64,000 nucleotides of DNA from Acidaminococcaceae bacterium (GTDB lineage Bacteria; Bacillota; Negativicutes; Acidaminococcales; Acidaminococcaceae): positions 14,096 through 78,095 of the forward strand of contig DAIQMR010000007.1 in NCBI GenBank assembly GCA_036788835.1. Reading direction: 5' to 3'. Position numbers and translations under genes: made by a program. How positions within the stretch are numbered: the stretch's first letter is position 1; every line of letters begins with the position of its first letter. The notes under the pieces are model-generated. The model did no database searches and was not told the DNA's origin. It worked only from the letters and a program-made list of their open reading frames with translations. Positions 21,712 to 31,074 of the stretch are shown one piece after another.

Positions 21712-23001
21712 ATGCCATCAGTAGTAGTAATTGGCGCCCAGTGGGGCGACGAAGGAAAAGGCAAGATTGTAGATTATTTAGCACAAAAAGCCGACGGAGT
21801 AACAAGATATTCCGGCGGGTCCAATGCGGGACACACTGTAGTGGTCAATGACGTGGCTTACAAACTGCGCCTTCTGCCCAGCGGTATTTTGTACAAAGAC
21901 AAAACCTGCTTTTTAGGTAACGGCGTGGTTATTAACCCGCGTGTGGTACTTCAGGAAATTGCCGGCATGCACGAAAAGGGCATCGACACAAGCAATTTGC
22001 ACATCAGCGACAGAGCCCATGTGGTGCTGCCCTATCATGAGATGTTGGACGGCCTGCAGGAAGCTGCTTTAGGCGACAGGAAGATTGGTACCACCGGCGG
22101 CGGCATTGGACCTTGCTATATGGACAAAGCAGCCAGAGTAGGCATCAGAATGTGTGATTTCATTAATCCTGAGACTTTCGCCGAAAAATTAAAACGCAAC
22201 TTGGAAGCCAAAAATACTTTGTTCACTAAAGTATACGGTGCGAAGCCTTTGGATTACGATGCTATGCTGAAAGAATATTTAGGCTATGCAGACCAGCTCC
22301 GTCCCTACGTCAGCGATACAGCTGTAGCCTTGGGAGCATTATTGACCGGCGGCAAAAATGTTTTATTCGAAGGAGCCCAAGCTACCTATTTGGACATAGA
22401 CTATGGTACATATCCCTACGTAACCAGTTCCAACCCTACAGCCGGCAATGCAGCAACTGGCAGCGGCATAGGCCCCAGATTCATTGACCATGTGGTAGGA
22501 GTAGTAAAGGCCTATACTACCAGAGTAGGAGAAGGACCTTTTATTACCGAGCTTTTTGATAAAGACGGACCGGGGAATCATCTGAGAGAAAGAGGCCATG
22601 AGTATGGTACTGTTACAGGACGTCCCCGTCGCTGTGGCTGGCTTGATGCCTTCATGGTGAAGAATTCTGTGCGTATTAACAGTCTTGATTATATTGCGGT
22701 GACCCGTCTGGATATTTTGGACGATATGCCTACTATCAAAATGTGCGTAGGCTATGAAATCGATGGGAAACAAATCAGCACCATTCCTGCGGATTTGCAA
22801 ATCTTGGCTACAGCCAAACCTATTTATGAGGAGTACCAGGGCTGGATGACAGACACCAGTAAAACAAGGACCTACGAGGCCCTGCCTGCTGCGGCTAAAA
22901 AATACCTGGAAAGACTAAGTCAGGTAGCCGGAGTAAAGATGGGGATTGTTTCTGTAGGACCCAACAGAGCCCAGACTATTGTCTTAAAAGAATTATTTTA
23001 A
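21712..23001 (+). CDS. purA: Adenylosuccinate synthetase
   Basis: 429 aa with GAQWGDEGKGK and GTTGGGIGP. Confidence 0.95.
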   Translation: MPSVVVIGAQWGDEGKGKIVDYLAQKADGVTRYSGGSNAGHTVVVNDVAYKLRLLPSGILYKDKTCFLGNGVVINPRVVLQEIAGMHEKGIDTSNLHISDRAHVVLPYHEMLDGLQEAALGDRKIGTTGGGIGPCYMDKAARVGIRMCDFINPETFAEKLKRNLEAKNTLFTKVYGAKPLDYDAMLKEYLGYADQLRPYVSDTAVALGALLTGGKNVLFEGAQATYLDIDYGTYPYVTSSNPTAGNAATGSGIGPRFIDHVVGVVKAYTTRVGEGPFITELFDKDGPGNHLRERGHEYGTVTGRPRRCGWLDAFMVKNSVRINSLDYIAVTRLDILDDMPTIKMCVGYEIDGKQISTIPADLQILATAKPIYEEYQGWMTDTSKTRTYEALPAAAKKYLERLSQVAGVKMGIVSVGPNRAQTIVLKELF

Positions 23002-23024
23002 GCTAAAAATCGTTAGATAAATTC

Positions 23025-23054
23025 TTGACATTTATAGGCCGGTACTTGTATAAT
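23025..23054 (+). promoter_or_regulatory. Promoter of tRNA-Lys
   Basis: TTGACA (23025-23030), an 18-nt spacer, then TATAAT (23049-23054). Confidence 0.65.
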
Positions 23055-23071
23055 GGTGGAGTTGCAAAACC

Positions 23072-23147
23072 GATTCACTAGCTCAGTTGGTAGAGCACCT
23101 GATTTTTAATCAGGGTGTCCCGGGTTCGAATCCCGGGTGGATCACCA
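23072..23147 (+). tRNA. tRNA-Lys (anticodon UUU)
   Basis: A cloverleaf is readable: acceptor gattcac/gtggatc, anticodon stem cctga/tcagg, loop ttTTTaa, T-arm ccggg-ttcgaat-cccgg and an encoded CCA. Confidence 0.92.
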
Positions 23148-23158
23148 AATTTGTTGCT

Positions 23159-23200
23159 AAATAACACTTTTACCCATAAGGGGAAAAGTGTTATTTTTTT
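23159..23200 (+). terminator. Intrinsic terminator after tRNA-Lys
   Basis: Stem aaataacactttt / aaaagtgttattt followed by a 7-T run. Confidence 0.85.
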
Positions 23201-23279
23201 GAAAAATATGTGTTGTTAATTAAAAATAATGTTATAATAAAGTATGCAATAAAGCTAAATATAATTGGGGGTGTTACGA

Positions 23280-24317
23280 ATGAACAAAAAATTATTAGCT
23301 TCTTTGGTTGTAGCCGGGATGTGCGTAACTGCAGTGGCAGGCGCCGCCCCTATGACAGATTTCCATGCGGGGGTAGGCCAATTGGACCTAGGTGCTTGGG
23401 ACGTGAAAACTAATGTTGGGGATTATGATTTTGGAACCCATTGGAATTTTGATGGTGGTTTGACCTATGGTCTGGCCGAAAAAATTGGTTTGGGCTATGA
23501 ATATCATGGCTTAAAAGGCGGGGATACTTTAAATATAACCGGGAACAATGTTGAAATGGATGGTAAAGAACATGAAGTAAATCTGTACTATACACTGGAT
23601 CCTAAAGTAGCTGTTTTCGTAGGCTGGCATCGTATTTCCGATGAAGGGGGTTCTAATAACGTAGCTCAACTGGGCTTTGTTGGTAAAGCGCCTCTGGGCT
23701 CTGACAAATTTAATATTTACGGTAAAATTGCCGGTGGCACTAAGAGCACTTGGTTAGGCGAAGCAGGGTTAGCTTATACCTTTGCTAAAGATTTAGACTT
23801 TAATGTTGGCTATCGTTATTTACAAACCGATACTGATTCCGATGCTGGCAAAGCTAAATTCAAAGGCTTAATTATGGGCCTCAGCTATCGTTTCGGCGGC
23901 AAGAAAGCAGCCGCTGCTCCCGTAGCAGAACCTGTGGTTGAGACTCCTGCTGTTGCAGCACCGGCTCCTGTTGCGGCTGCCAACGATTACTATTTCAATA
24001 GCATTCACTTTGACTTCGATAAAGATAATTTGAAGGCTGACCAAGTTCCTAATGCTGACAGCGTAGTTAACGCAGCTAAACAAACCGGTCATGTATTTAA
24101 ACTGGTTGGTAATACCGACGGTATCGGCACCAATGCTTACAATGATGATTTGTCTAAGCGCCGTGTTGACAGAGTGGCAGCTTATGTGAAGGATCATGGT
24201 GTTCCTGCTAATCAAATCGTTACCATTTACAGAGGCAAGACTGATCCTGCCGCTACCAATGCTACCGATGCAGGCCGTGCTACTAACCGTCGTGTAGATG
24301 TTTGGGAACACAAATAA
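23280..24317 (+). CDS. Outer-membrane protein with an N-terminal beta-barrel and a C-terminal OmpA peptidoglycan-binding domain
   Basis: Signal peptide MNKKLLASLVVAGMCVTAVAGA, alternating-hydrophobic strands, an Ala/Pro-rich linker and an OmpA-like domain (GNTDGIGTNAYNDDLSKRRV...NRRVDV). Confidence 0.85.
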   Translation: MNKKLLASLVVAGMCVTAVAGAAPMTDFHAGVGQLDLGAWDVKTNVGDYDFGTHWNFDGGLTYGLAEKIGLGYEYHGLKGGDTLNITGNNVEMDGKEHEVNLYYTLDPKVAVFVGWHRISDEGGSNNVAQLGFVGKAPLGSDKFNIYGKIAGGTKSTWLGEAGLAYTFAKDLDFNVGYRYLQTDTDSDAGKAKFKGLIMGLSYRFGGKKAAAAPVAEPVVETPAVAAPAPVAAANDYYFNSIHFDFDKDNLKADQVPNADSVVNAAKQTGHVFKLVGNTDGIGTNAYNDDLSKRRVDRVAAYVKDHGVPANQIVTIYRGKTDPAATNATDAGRATNRRVDVWEHK

Positions 24318-24372
24318 TAGTAAAAACGACAAGATTTAGCTGATGCTTCGTCAAAATTAAAGGCCCGAGAAT

Positions 24373-24420
24373 GGGATGAACAGCGGTGTTCTATCCCGTC
24401 CACGGGTCTTTTCTTTTTCT
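24373..24420 (+). terminator. Probable terminator after the OmpA-family gene
   Basis: Hairpins gggatgaaca/tgttctatccc and cccg/cggg followed by the T-rich tcttttctttttc. Confidence 0.45.
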
Positions 24421-24457
24421 TCGACAAGAGTTCAGCTCAGTCGCACATTTTCACAGC

Positions 24458-25426
24458 TTATTCATGGGTGGCATCAGGCGGTACTTGAGGACCGGGGTGC
24501 ATGGGGTTAAATTTAGGATTATGCCTGCCCATACCGTTTCTTGGTTCCGGACGGCCATGGACTTCTCCCTGGCAATTAGCAATAAGTTTAGTAACATTAG
24601 CCAAACGTTTATCAGCTTGCTTTTGGGTTAAAACACCATCTTTTACAGCCTTTTCCAAAAAGGTTTTTTCCGTGGACAAGCGTTCTGCTTTATAGGCATC
24701 GAAAACACCTAGTTTTTTGGCCAGTCCTGCACAGGTGAGCTTATTTTTGTAGGCTTCGGCGTAGAGGTCTTGAGGAGTTTTGCCGGTTAATTTGGCCAGA
24801 GTGTCAAAGGGCAGATGTCCATACATAGGATGCTCTCTGTAGGCCATGCCTTCGCAGCCTTGGGCGGTTGAACCATCCGGGTTGCAGCGTACAATCACAT
24901 CTCCTTGGGGACCATCGCAAACAGGCCCTGTTTTGTGCAATATAGTTCTCATAGGACGCTTGGGCCGTTTGCCCTGTCTGGCTAGTTCCAGATTGTCGCC
25001 GACTATCTTGAGAGCATTGTCGGCCTTAGCACGGGTTATTCTACCCTCGGACACAGACCTGTCCAAGCGGGTTTTGGCCAGGGCCAGGCGTTTGGCTTTA
25101 AAAGCGGCGAATTTGCCGGCCTTGTCGGCATATTGAGCCGGATTAATCTTTTGGTCACGACATTCCAGAATAATGGCCTTTTCGTCTTTGCCGGTTAGTT
25201 CTGCCAGAGTATTAAAAGGACTGTTTTTCGGACGCTTGGGCCCATTGATTCTGTGGGGCCTGCCGGCGTCGGTGTTTTTAGCCTGAGTGCTGGCAGCTAC
25301 CAAATCACGCATTTTATGAGGATTTTCCTCGGTAGCAGTTGTGGCTGCATAGGCTGTAGTCAGTCCTAAAGAAGCAACCACTGCAGCTGTTATAGCCAAT
25401 CTCTTCATGTTTTTCATGTTTATCAC
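24458..25426 (-). CDS. Secreted protein with an internal ~90-aa tandem duplication (DUF2680 / LTXXQ-like helical repeats)
   Basis: 322 aa with the signal peptide MKRLAITAAVVASLGLTTAYA. Two repeats are visible: FNTLAELTGK...AFKAKRLALAKTRLDRSVSEGRITRAKADNALK and FDTLAKLTGK...AYKAERLSTEKTFLEKAVKDGVLTQKQADKRLANV. Confidence 0.6.
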   Translation of the reverse strand: MINMKNMKRLAITAAVVASLGLTTAYAATTATEENPHKMRDLVAASTQAKNTDAGRPHRINGPKRPKNSPFNTLAELTGKDEKAIILECRDQKINPAQYADKAGKFAAFKAKRLALAKTRLDRSVSEGRITRAKADNALKIVGDNLELARQGKRPKRPMRTILHKTGPVCDGPQGDVIVRCNPDGSTAQGCEGMAYREHPMYGHLPFDTLAKLTGKTPQDLYAEAYKNKLTCAGLAKKLGVFDAYKAERLSTEKTFLEKAVKDGVLTQKQADKRLANVTKLIANCQGEVHGRPEPRNGMGRHNPKFNPMHPGPQVPPDATHE

Positions 25427-25583
25427 ACTCCTGAATTGTTTTATTGGCTCTTGCCTATATTGTACAATAAATGAATATTATGTCAAAATCATGTTTTTTT
25501 GAAAAAAGTTTCACGAAATTTTCTAAAAAGGACAAAAAAGGCTAAATAATGTATAATAGATAATATGCAAAGGATGGGATGCT

Positions 25584-26282
25584 ATGGGAAAAATATTAAT
25601 CGTAGACGATAACGAACAAATAACCTCTATTTTGGCTACCTATGCCCAAAAAGAGGGAATGGAAACGATTATTGCCCTGGACGGAGAGGACGCCCTAGAC
25701 CAGTTTTATCGTTACCAGACTGCTATTCAGGTTATCTTGCTGGATGTTATGATGCCCAAAATGGATGGTTTCACAGTTTGTAAAACCATCAGGAAAACTT
25801 CCATGGTGCCAATTATTATGATAACCGCCCGAGGAGAAGATTTCGATAAAATTATGGGGCTGGACATGGGTGCCGATGATTATATTGTTAAGCCTTTTTC
25901 TGCCAGGGAAGTTATGGCCAGAATCCGAGCCCTGCTGCGCCGGATTCATTATCAGGAGACAGACGGGAAAGGGTATCAAATTGGCAATCTTACAATTAAC
26001 ATAGAAGATTATAAAGCTTTTATTGACCAGCAAGAGCTGCCATTGACAAAAAAAGAGATTGAGCTGCTTTGGACCTTTGCCAAAAACAAGAATAAAATTT
26101 TTAGCCGGGAAAATCTTCTGGACAGTATTTGGGGCTATGAATACGATGGGGACAGCCGCACGGTAGACTCCCACATTAAGAGGCTCAGGGCTAAACTGGA
26201 CAAGTTTAAACATCCTGAATGGGACATAGAAACCAAATGGGGTGTAGGCTATCGCTTTGAGGATAAAGGTCATGAAAAATAA
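25584..26282 (+). CDS. OmpR/PhoB-family response regulator
   Basis: 232 aa with a receiver domain (ILIVDD ... LLDVMMPKMDG ... KPF) and a winged-helix output domain (TVDSHIKRLRAKL, GVGYRF). Confidence 0.92.
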   Translation: MGKILIVDDNEQITSILATYAQKEGMETIIALDGEDALDQFYRYQTAIQVILLDVMMPKMDGFTVCKTIRKTSMVPIIMITARGEDFDKIMGLDMGADDYIVKPFSAREVMARIRALLRRIHYQETDGKGYQIGNLTINIEDYKAFIDQQELPLTKKEIELLWTFAKNKNKIFSRENLLDSIWGYEYDGDSRTVDSHIKRLRAKLDKFKHPEWDIETKWGVGYRFEDKGHEK

Positions 26283-27822
26283 AATATTCGTTAAAATGTT
26301 TTTGGCGTTTGCTTTTGCTCTGCTGGTTTTTTCTTTAGTAGTAGGCAGCGGGTTTGGCTATTTGTTCAGAGAACATGTTATTAGTGTTAAAAAACAGGAT
26401 ATGGAACAAAGAGCCGTGAAGATTGCTCAAGCTCTGGGAGAGAGCAGGGACCAGTGGCTCACATGGCAGGCCAAGAGGAAAGAAGCCCAGGCCCAGGCTC
26501 AGGAGGACCGTCATCTATTTGGGGCAAATCAACAGGGCGACCTAGTGCGGCCTCAAGGTCCTCTGGGACTGAGCTTCGGCGCAGTGCTGAGGTTCTTGGG
26601 CAGCGCGGCGGCAGATGATGTATGGATTGTAGACAATAATCAACACTTAACCAGTACTGCGAACAACAGACAGGGGAAGCATTCTACTTTCATGTTTAAA
26701 GACCTGCCTCCTGATGCGGCGAAAGTGGTGGATCGAGTTATACAGGGAAACGTTACTACCACCGAAGGTTTTAGTACCTTGCTGGAAGTTCCCACCCTGA
26801 CAGTGGGTGCTCCCGTGAAGGATAAAGACGGCAACATTTTGGGAGCCGTTCTGGTTCATGCACCTATTTCGGGCATGGAAGAGGCGGCCACCCAGGGCAA
26901 TCGGATTTTGCTCATGTGCGGCGGTGCCGCCCTATTGTTATCTTTCATCCTGGCTCTTGGTTTTGCCTGGTGGTTTACCAAACCACTGCGTACTATGCAG
27001 TTAACCGCCGAAGAAATGGCAGAAGGTGATTACGAGGCCAGATGCAACGTGCGTCAGAAGGATGAGGTAGGGGAATTGGGCAGGGCTTTGGATACCTTGG
27101 GGGATAAGCTGCTGGTGGCCAGCAAGGAAAGTGCTCAGCTGGACCAGTTAAGAAAAGATTTTATTGCTAATATTTCCCATGAACTGCGAACTCCGGTAAC
27201 AGTTATCCGCGGCTCTTTGGAGGCCTTGTGCGATAAGGTAGTTATTGCCCCGGATAAAGTAGAGGAATACTATGGGGAAATGTTGAAGGAAACGATTTTT
27301 CTTCAACGGTTGATTAATGATTTATTGGATTTATCCAGATTGCAAAATGTTAATTTTAAAATTGAAATGAGCAAAGTTAATCTTTACGATGTTTTACAGG
27401 ACGTTCTTCATAGTGGCTCCCGTCTGGCTCAGCATAAAAACATTACTGTGGCCTTAAATGCCGATGCTACATGTTACCCTTTGACAGGAGATTACGGAAG
27501 ACTGCGGCAGATGCTCATGGTTTTTGTAGACAATGCCGTGAAGTTCTCTCCCCAAGGCAGCAGGGTAGAAGTGAGCCTGAAGGGCCGGACCATAAAAATC
27601 ACGGACCATGGCTGCGGGGTTCCTCAAAAAGAACTGGCCCATATTTTTGATAGATTCTATAAAACCCGCAACGAACGAAATAAGACCGGCACAGGTCTGG
27701 GTCTGTCTATTGCCAGGGAAATTGCGGAACGTCACAAGATGAGAGTCCATATGGAAAGCCAACCGGAAGTTTATACCAGTGTTGTGGTAGAGCTGCCAGA
27801 GCCTTTGGCAGTCACGACTTAG
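26272..27822 (+). CDS. Sensor histidine kinase (TM-periplasmic-TM-HAMP-HisKA-HATPase)
   Basis: H-box SHELRTP, N-box FVDNAVKFS and G-boxes DHGCGV and GTGLGLSIA. ATG 26272 overlaps the regulator stop codon. Confidence 0.92.
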   Translation: MKNKIFVKMFLAFAFALLVFSLVVGSGFGYLFREHVISVKKQDMEQRAVKIAQALGESRDQWLTWQAKRKEAQAQAQEDRHLFGANQQGDLVRPQGPLGLSFGAVLRFLGSAAADDVWIVDNNQHLTSTANNRQGKHSTFMFKDLPPDAAKVVDRVIQGNVTTTEGFSTLLEVPTLTVGAPVKDKDGNILGAVLVHAPISGMEEAATQGNRILLMCGGAALLLSFILALGFAWWFTKPLRTMQLTAEEMAEGDYEARCNVRQKDEVGELGRALDTLGDKLLVASKESAQLDQLRKDFIANISHELRTPVTVIRGSLEALCDKVVIAPDKVEEYYGEMLKETIFLQRLINDLLDLSRLQNVNFKIEMSKVNLYDVLQDVLHSGSRLAQHKNITVALNADATCYPLTGDYGRLRQMLMVFVDNAVKFSPQGSRVEVSLKGRTIKITDHGCGVPQKELAHIFDRFYKTRNERNKTGTGLGLSIAREIAERHKMRVHMESQPEVYTSVVVELPEPLAVTT

Positions 27823-27840
27823 TGCTAAGGAGGAAGAACG

Positions 27841-28278
27841 ATGGGGATTAGGGAATCCGGGCCTCAGGAAGCAGGGGTACTAGGGCAGCTATGGCTGACC
27901 AGTACTGCTGCATCACATGATTTTTTGCCTAAAACCTATTGGCAGAAGAAACTGCCGTCCATAGAGAAACAATATTTAAAACAGGGCCGGACCTTTGTTT
28001 ACGAAGAAGCGGGAAGGCTTCTGGGCTTTGTGACCTTTCTTAAGCCGGGCTTTATAGGCGGTCTTTTTGTGAGAGAAAGCAACCAGCGACAGGGTATCGG
28101 CACAGAGCTTTTAAACTACGCCAAGGCCATGTACCCTGAACTGGAGCTTGATGTCTATGCCAAAAATCACGAGGCCCTGGATTTCTACGCCAAGGCGGGT
28201 TTTAGGCCCATGCTGCTCCGCCGGGGAGCAGAAACCGGGGAAGACAGTATGCGAATGAGGTGGGAAAGTGAAAGATAA
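27841..28278 (+). CDS. GNAT-family N-acetyltransferase
   Basis: 145 aa with the acetyl-CoA motif QRQGIGTELL. Confidence 0.8.
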   Translation: MGIRESGPQEAGVLGQLWLTSTAASHDFLPKTYWQKKLPSIEKQYLKQGRTFVYEEAGRLLGFVTFLKPGFIGGLFVRESNQRQGIGTELLNYAKAMYPELELDVYAKNHEALDFYAKAGFRPMLLRRGAETGEDSMRMRWESER

Positions 28279-29041
28279 TTTACAAGGCAAGCGGGCCCTT
28301 ATTAGCGGGGGCACATCTGGGATTGGCCTGGCTACAGCCAAAGAGCTGATTAACAAGGGAGCCCGGGTTATAATTGTAGGCCGTGACGGGGCCAAGGGTC
28401 AGCAGGCGGTGCACCAGCTGGGGCCTTTAGCTATCTTTGTCCGGGCAGATTTGAGTACGGCCCAAGGGTGTCACAGTGTGGCTGAGGCCGTAGCCGGTCT
28501 TACAGGCGCCGCTAAAGCCCCAGGTAATCCGGGGCAGGGGCAACTGGACTTTCTAGTTAATTGTGCCGGCACCTATGAAGAAGCAAGTATCGGGCAAATA
28601 ACGGAAGAAGCTTATGAAAGAGTGCTGAACAATAACTTGAAAAGCACCATATTTTTGACTCAGAGCCTAGTGTCTCACTTAAGGGAAGGGGCGGCTATTG
28701 TAAATATAGCTTCTGATGCGGGTATTTCCGGGAACTACGGCTGTAGTCTTTACAGCGCCGCCAAAGGTGCCGTGGTGGCCTTTACCCGGTCCCTGGCTTT
28801 GGATTTGGCACCGCAGGTCAGAGTGAACTGCGTATGTCCCGGAGACGTAGATACGCCTTTAGTGGCAAAGCAATTGGCGGCCGGTAACTATACTAAAGAG
28901 GAAATGGCGGCAGTTTATCCTCTGGGGCGCATCGCCACAGCGGAAGAAATTGCCGCGGTAATCTGTTTTGTCTTGTCACCGGCCAATAGTTTCATGACCG
29001 GGGCCATAATTCCCGTGGACGGGGGTTTAACGGCAAAGTGA
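28268..29041 (+). CDS. Short-chain dehydrogenase/reductase (SDR)
   Basis: 257 aa with GGTSGIGLA, NCAG and the catalytic YSAAKGA. Confidence 0.88.
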   Translation: MKDNLQGKRALISGGTSGIGLATAKELINKGARVIIVGRDGAKGQQAVHQLGPLAIFVRADLSTAQGCHSVAEAVAGLTGAAKAPGNPGQGQLDFLVNCAGTYEEASIGQITEEAYERVLNNNLKSTIFLTQSLVSHLREGAAIVNIASDAGISGNYGCSLYSAAKGAVVAFTRSLALDLAPQVRVNCVCPGDVDTPLVAKQLAAGNYTKEEMAAVYPLGRIATAEEIAAVICFVLSPANSFMTGAIIPVDGGLTAK

Positions 29042-29205
29042 CATAGTCCCACTACCTTAGAAATGGGGGTATTCCCGACAATGTTTAAATAAAACAAGGG
29101 GTTTTGCCATCAGCATAATTTTACTTAAAAAAAAGAAAACTGTTTGCTAAAAAGAAGAAAAATAGTATAATTAGAACATGAAGTATTTTCAGGAGGTTGA
29201 AAACA

Positions 29206-29814
29206 ATGAAAAAAATAATTTTAGGCACATTAGTTGCCGGATTACTGGTATCATCCGTAGGTTTTGCATCACCATTATCTAAAATTGAAGCAGGGAAAGG
29301 CAAAATTGATGCATCTTTGTCTTTTGGTTCCGGATTAAAAGGCGAAGCTAATGACCTCAGTCGGGATTTGAATGGCAAAACAAGATATCGTTTGGGAGCA
29401 ACCTATGGGTTAAGCGATAAATTGGCCGTGGATTATTTGTACGCCGCTCACGCCGGGGACTATGATTCTTCTGTGCAGTCCCATCAGGTAAATTTGCTAT
29501 ATCAATTAAATCCCAATGTTGGGGTTTTCGGTGGCTATGTTCATAATAGAGGCGAAATTAATAACTACAGCAACTCTACCAACGGCTACCAGGTTGGAGC
29601 TCTCGGCAGATTGGCTCTCAATGATAAAACCAGCGCCTGGGCTAAATTTGGCATAGGCAATACCATTACTCAATATGAAGTGGGTGTTGGTTATGAGCTG
29701 ACCAAAGATTGGGAAGCAAATCTGTTCTACAATGATACGAAGTATAGGGATTTCGATAGAGATCTTTCCTTCAAAACCCACAGCATTAATTTGGGTGCTA
29801 CCTACAAGTTCTAA
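29206..29814 (+). CDS. Small outer-membrane beta-barrel protein
   Basis: Signal peptide MKKIILGTLVAGLLVSSVGFA and amphipathic strands. It resembles the barrel half of the 23280 gene (HQVNLLYQLNPNVGVFGGY vs HEVNLYYTLDPKVAVFVGW). The C-terminus is YKF. Confidence 0.8.
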   Translation: MKKIILGTLVAGLLVSSVGFASPLSKIEAGKGKIDASLSFGSGLKGEANDLSRDLNGKTRYRLGATYGLSDKLAVDYLYAAHAGDYDSSVQSHQVNLLYQLNPNVGVFGGYVHNRGEINNYSNSTNGYQVGALGRLALNDKTSAWAKFGIGNTITQYEVGVGYELTKDWEANLFYNDTKYRDFDRDLSFKTHSINLGATYKF

Positions 29815-29832
29815 ACTAGATAAAGGCAAATT

Positions 29833-29861
29833 AAAAACGCTGCTGAAAAAGCAGCGTTTTT
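29833..29861 (+). terminator. Intrinsic terminator
   Basis: aaaaacgctgc-tgaaaaa-gcagcgttttt. Confidence 0.85.
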
Positions 29862-29879
29862 GTTAGAGGACAGGAATAG

Positions 29880-30557
29880 ATGAAAAAGATATTAAGTGTA
29901 TGTTTGGGTATTATTTTGGCGGCCGGGCTCAGCACCGGAGTCTATGCTGCCCAAGAAGAGAGCTCCATAGACAGTATTTCCACAGGAGTGGCAGATACAG
30001 GGGAAACCAAATTCGGCAAGGCTAAAGGAAACATCAAGGCCTCTACAGCCAGCTATTCTGTGGCAGTGCTGCCCTATGTGGATGCTTCCGGACTGGAAGG
30101 ACGCAGCAGGGAAATGGCCGTTAACGCCGTCAAAGGTGCCCTAAAAACCAAATATCCCGGCAAGGGAAAGGTGAAAATAGCCAGCGCCCAATTGGTGGAC
30201 AAGGCCATGAAAGCCTATCCCCTAGAGAATACAGATACACCGGTTTTAAATGAATTGGTTACCCTGGGCCAGGCCATGGGAGTGGATCGGGTCATCTATA
30301 TTAATATGTTGCCCGTTCGTCAGAAAGAAACCGGGTTTATGGTTATCGCCGGGTCTCAAACCTATTCGGCAGTTGTCTCTATGAAGCTCAAGTGCGTGGA
30401 TGTTGCCGCAAAAAAATATTTGTTTAACCAAACTGTAGAAGATATTGGTTCTTCCTCATCCATTAATTTTTGGAAAATCGGCCAGCCCAGCAGGGCAAAA
30501 GCTGTTAAGCGCGGTGCCAGCAACTGTATGCGGGATTTTCTGACAGCCTTTGAATGA
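29880..30557 (+). CDS. Exported protein of unknown function (LpoB/CsgG/TolB-N-like VAVLPY motif)
   Basis: 225 aa with a signal peptide ending VYA/AQEE and the motif YSVAVLPYVDASG, typical of periplasmic alpha/beta scaffold proteins. Confidence 0.5.
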   Translation: MKKILSVCLGIILAAGLSTGVYAAQEESSIDSISTGVADTGETKFGKAKGNIKASTASYSVAVLPYVDASGLEGRSREMAVNAVKGALKTKYPGKGKVKIASAQLVDKAMKAYPLENTDTPVLNELVTLGQAMGVDRVIYINMLPVRQKETGFMVIAGSQTYSAVVSMKLKCVDVAAKKYLFNQTVEDIGSSSSINFWKIGQPSRAKAVKRGASNCMRDFLTAFE

Positions 30558-30592
30558 CGGCAAGGGGACGGCTTTCTTTTGTCACAACAAAA

Positions 30593-30634
30593 ATAGACAC
30601 TATAAACCAATTAAGGTTTGTATAGTGTCTATTC
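30593..30634. terminator. Bidirectional terminator between convergent genes
   Basis: A 17-bp stem, aatagacactataaacc / ggttt(gt)atagtgtctatt. Confidence 0.7.
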
Positions 30635-30651
30635 TAATTTTCCTTTACCTT

Positions 30652-31074
30652 TTATTTCATCATCGTTCTTTGCCGGTTAATCAAGTCGGCTAAAGTAGTA
30701 TTGTCCACTACTTTGTCCACGGCATCCTGAATCTCTTTCCAGAGAACCAGGGTAACACAATTAGCCGCCCGGGTACAGTTCATATGACTGTTTTCCAGAC
30801 AACTGACCGGGGCCAGAGACCCTTCCATAACCCGCAGAACTTCTCCTACGGTAATGTCTTTGGGGTCCTTGGAAAGCTTGTACCCTCCTTGCGCGCCACG
30901 GGCGCTTTGGACAAAATGGGCCTTATTTAATCTGGTAATAATTTGTTCTAAATATTTTTCCGAAATATCCTGTCGTTGAGAAACGCTTTTAATAGTAGTA
31001 AAGGTAGTTGGATCGCTGGTGGCTAAGTCTAGCATCAAACGTAAGGCATAACGTCCTTTGGTAGAAATTTTCAC
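30652..31074 (-). CDS. Rrf2-family transcriptional regulator
   Basis: (V)KISTKGRYALRLMLDLA ... SARGAQGGYKL, with three spaced Cys residues (CLENSHMNCTRAANC). The ORF extends to 31113, but GTG at 31074 gives the canonical Rrf2 N-terminus. Confidence 0.85.
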   Translation of the reverse strand: MKISTKGRYALRLMLDLATSDPTTFTTIKSVSQRQDISEKYLEQIITRLNKAHFVQSARGAQGGYKLSKDPKDITVGEVLRVMEGSLAPVSCLENSHMNCTRAANCVTLVLWKEIQDAVDKVVDNTTLADLINRQRTMMK

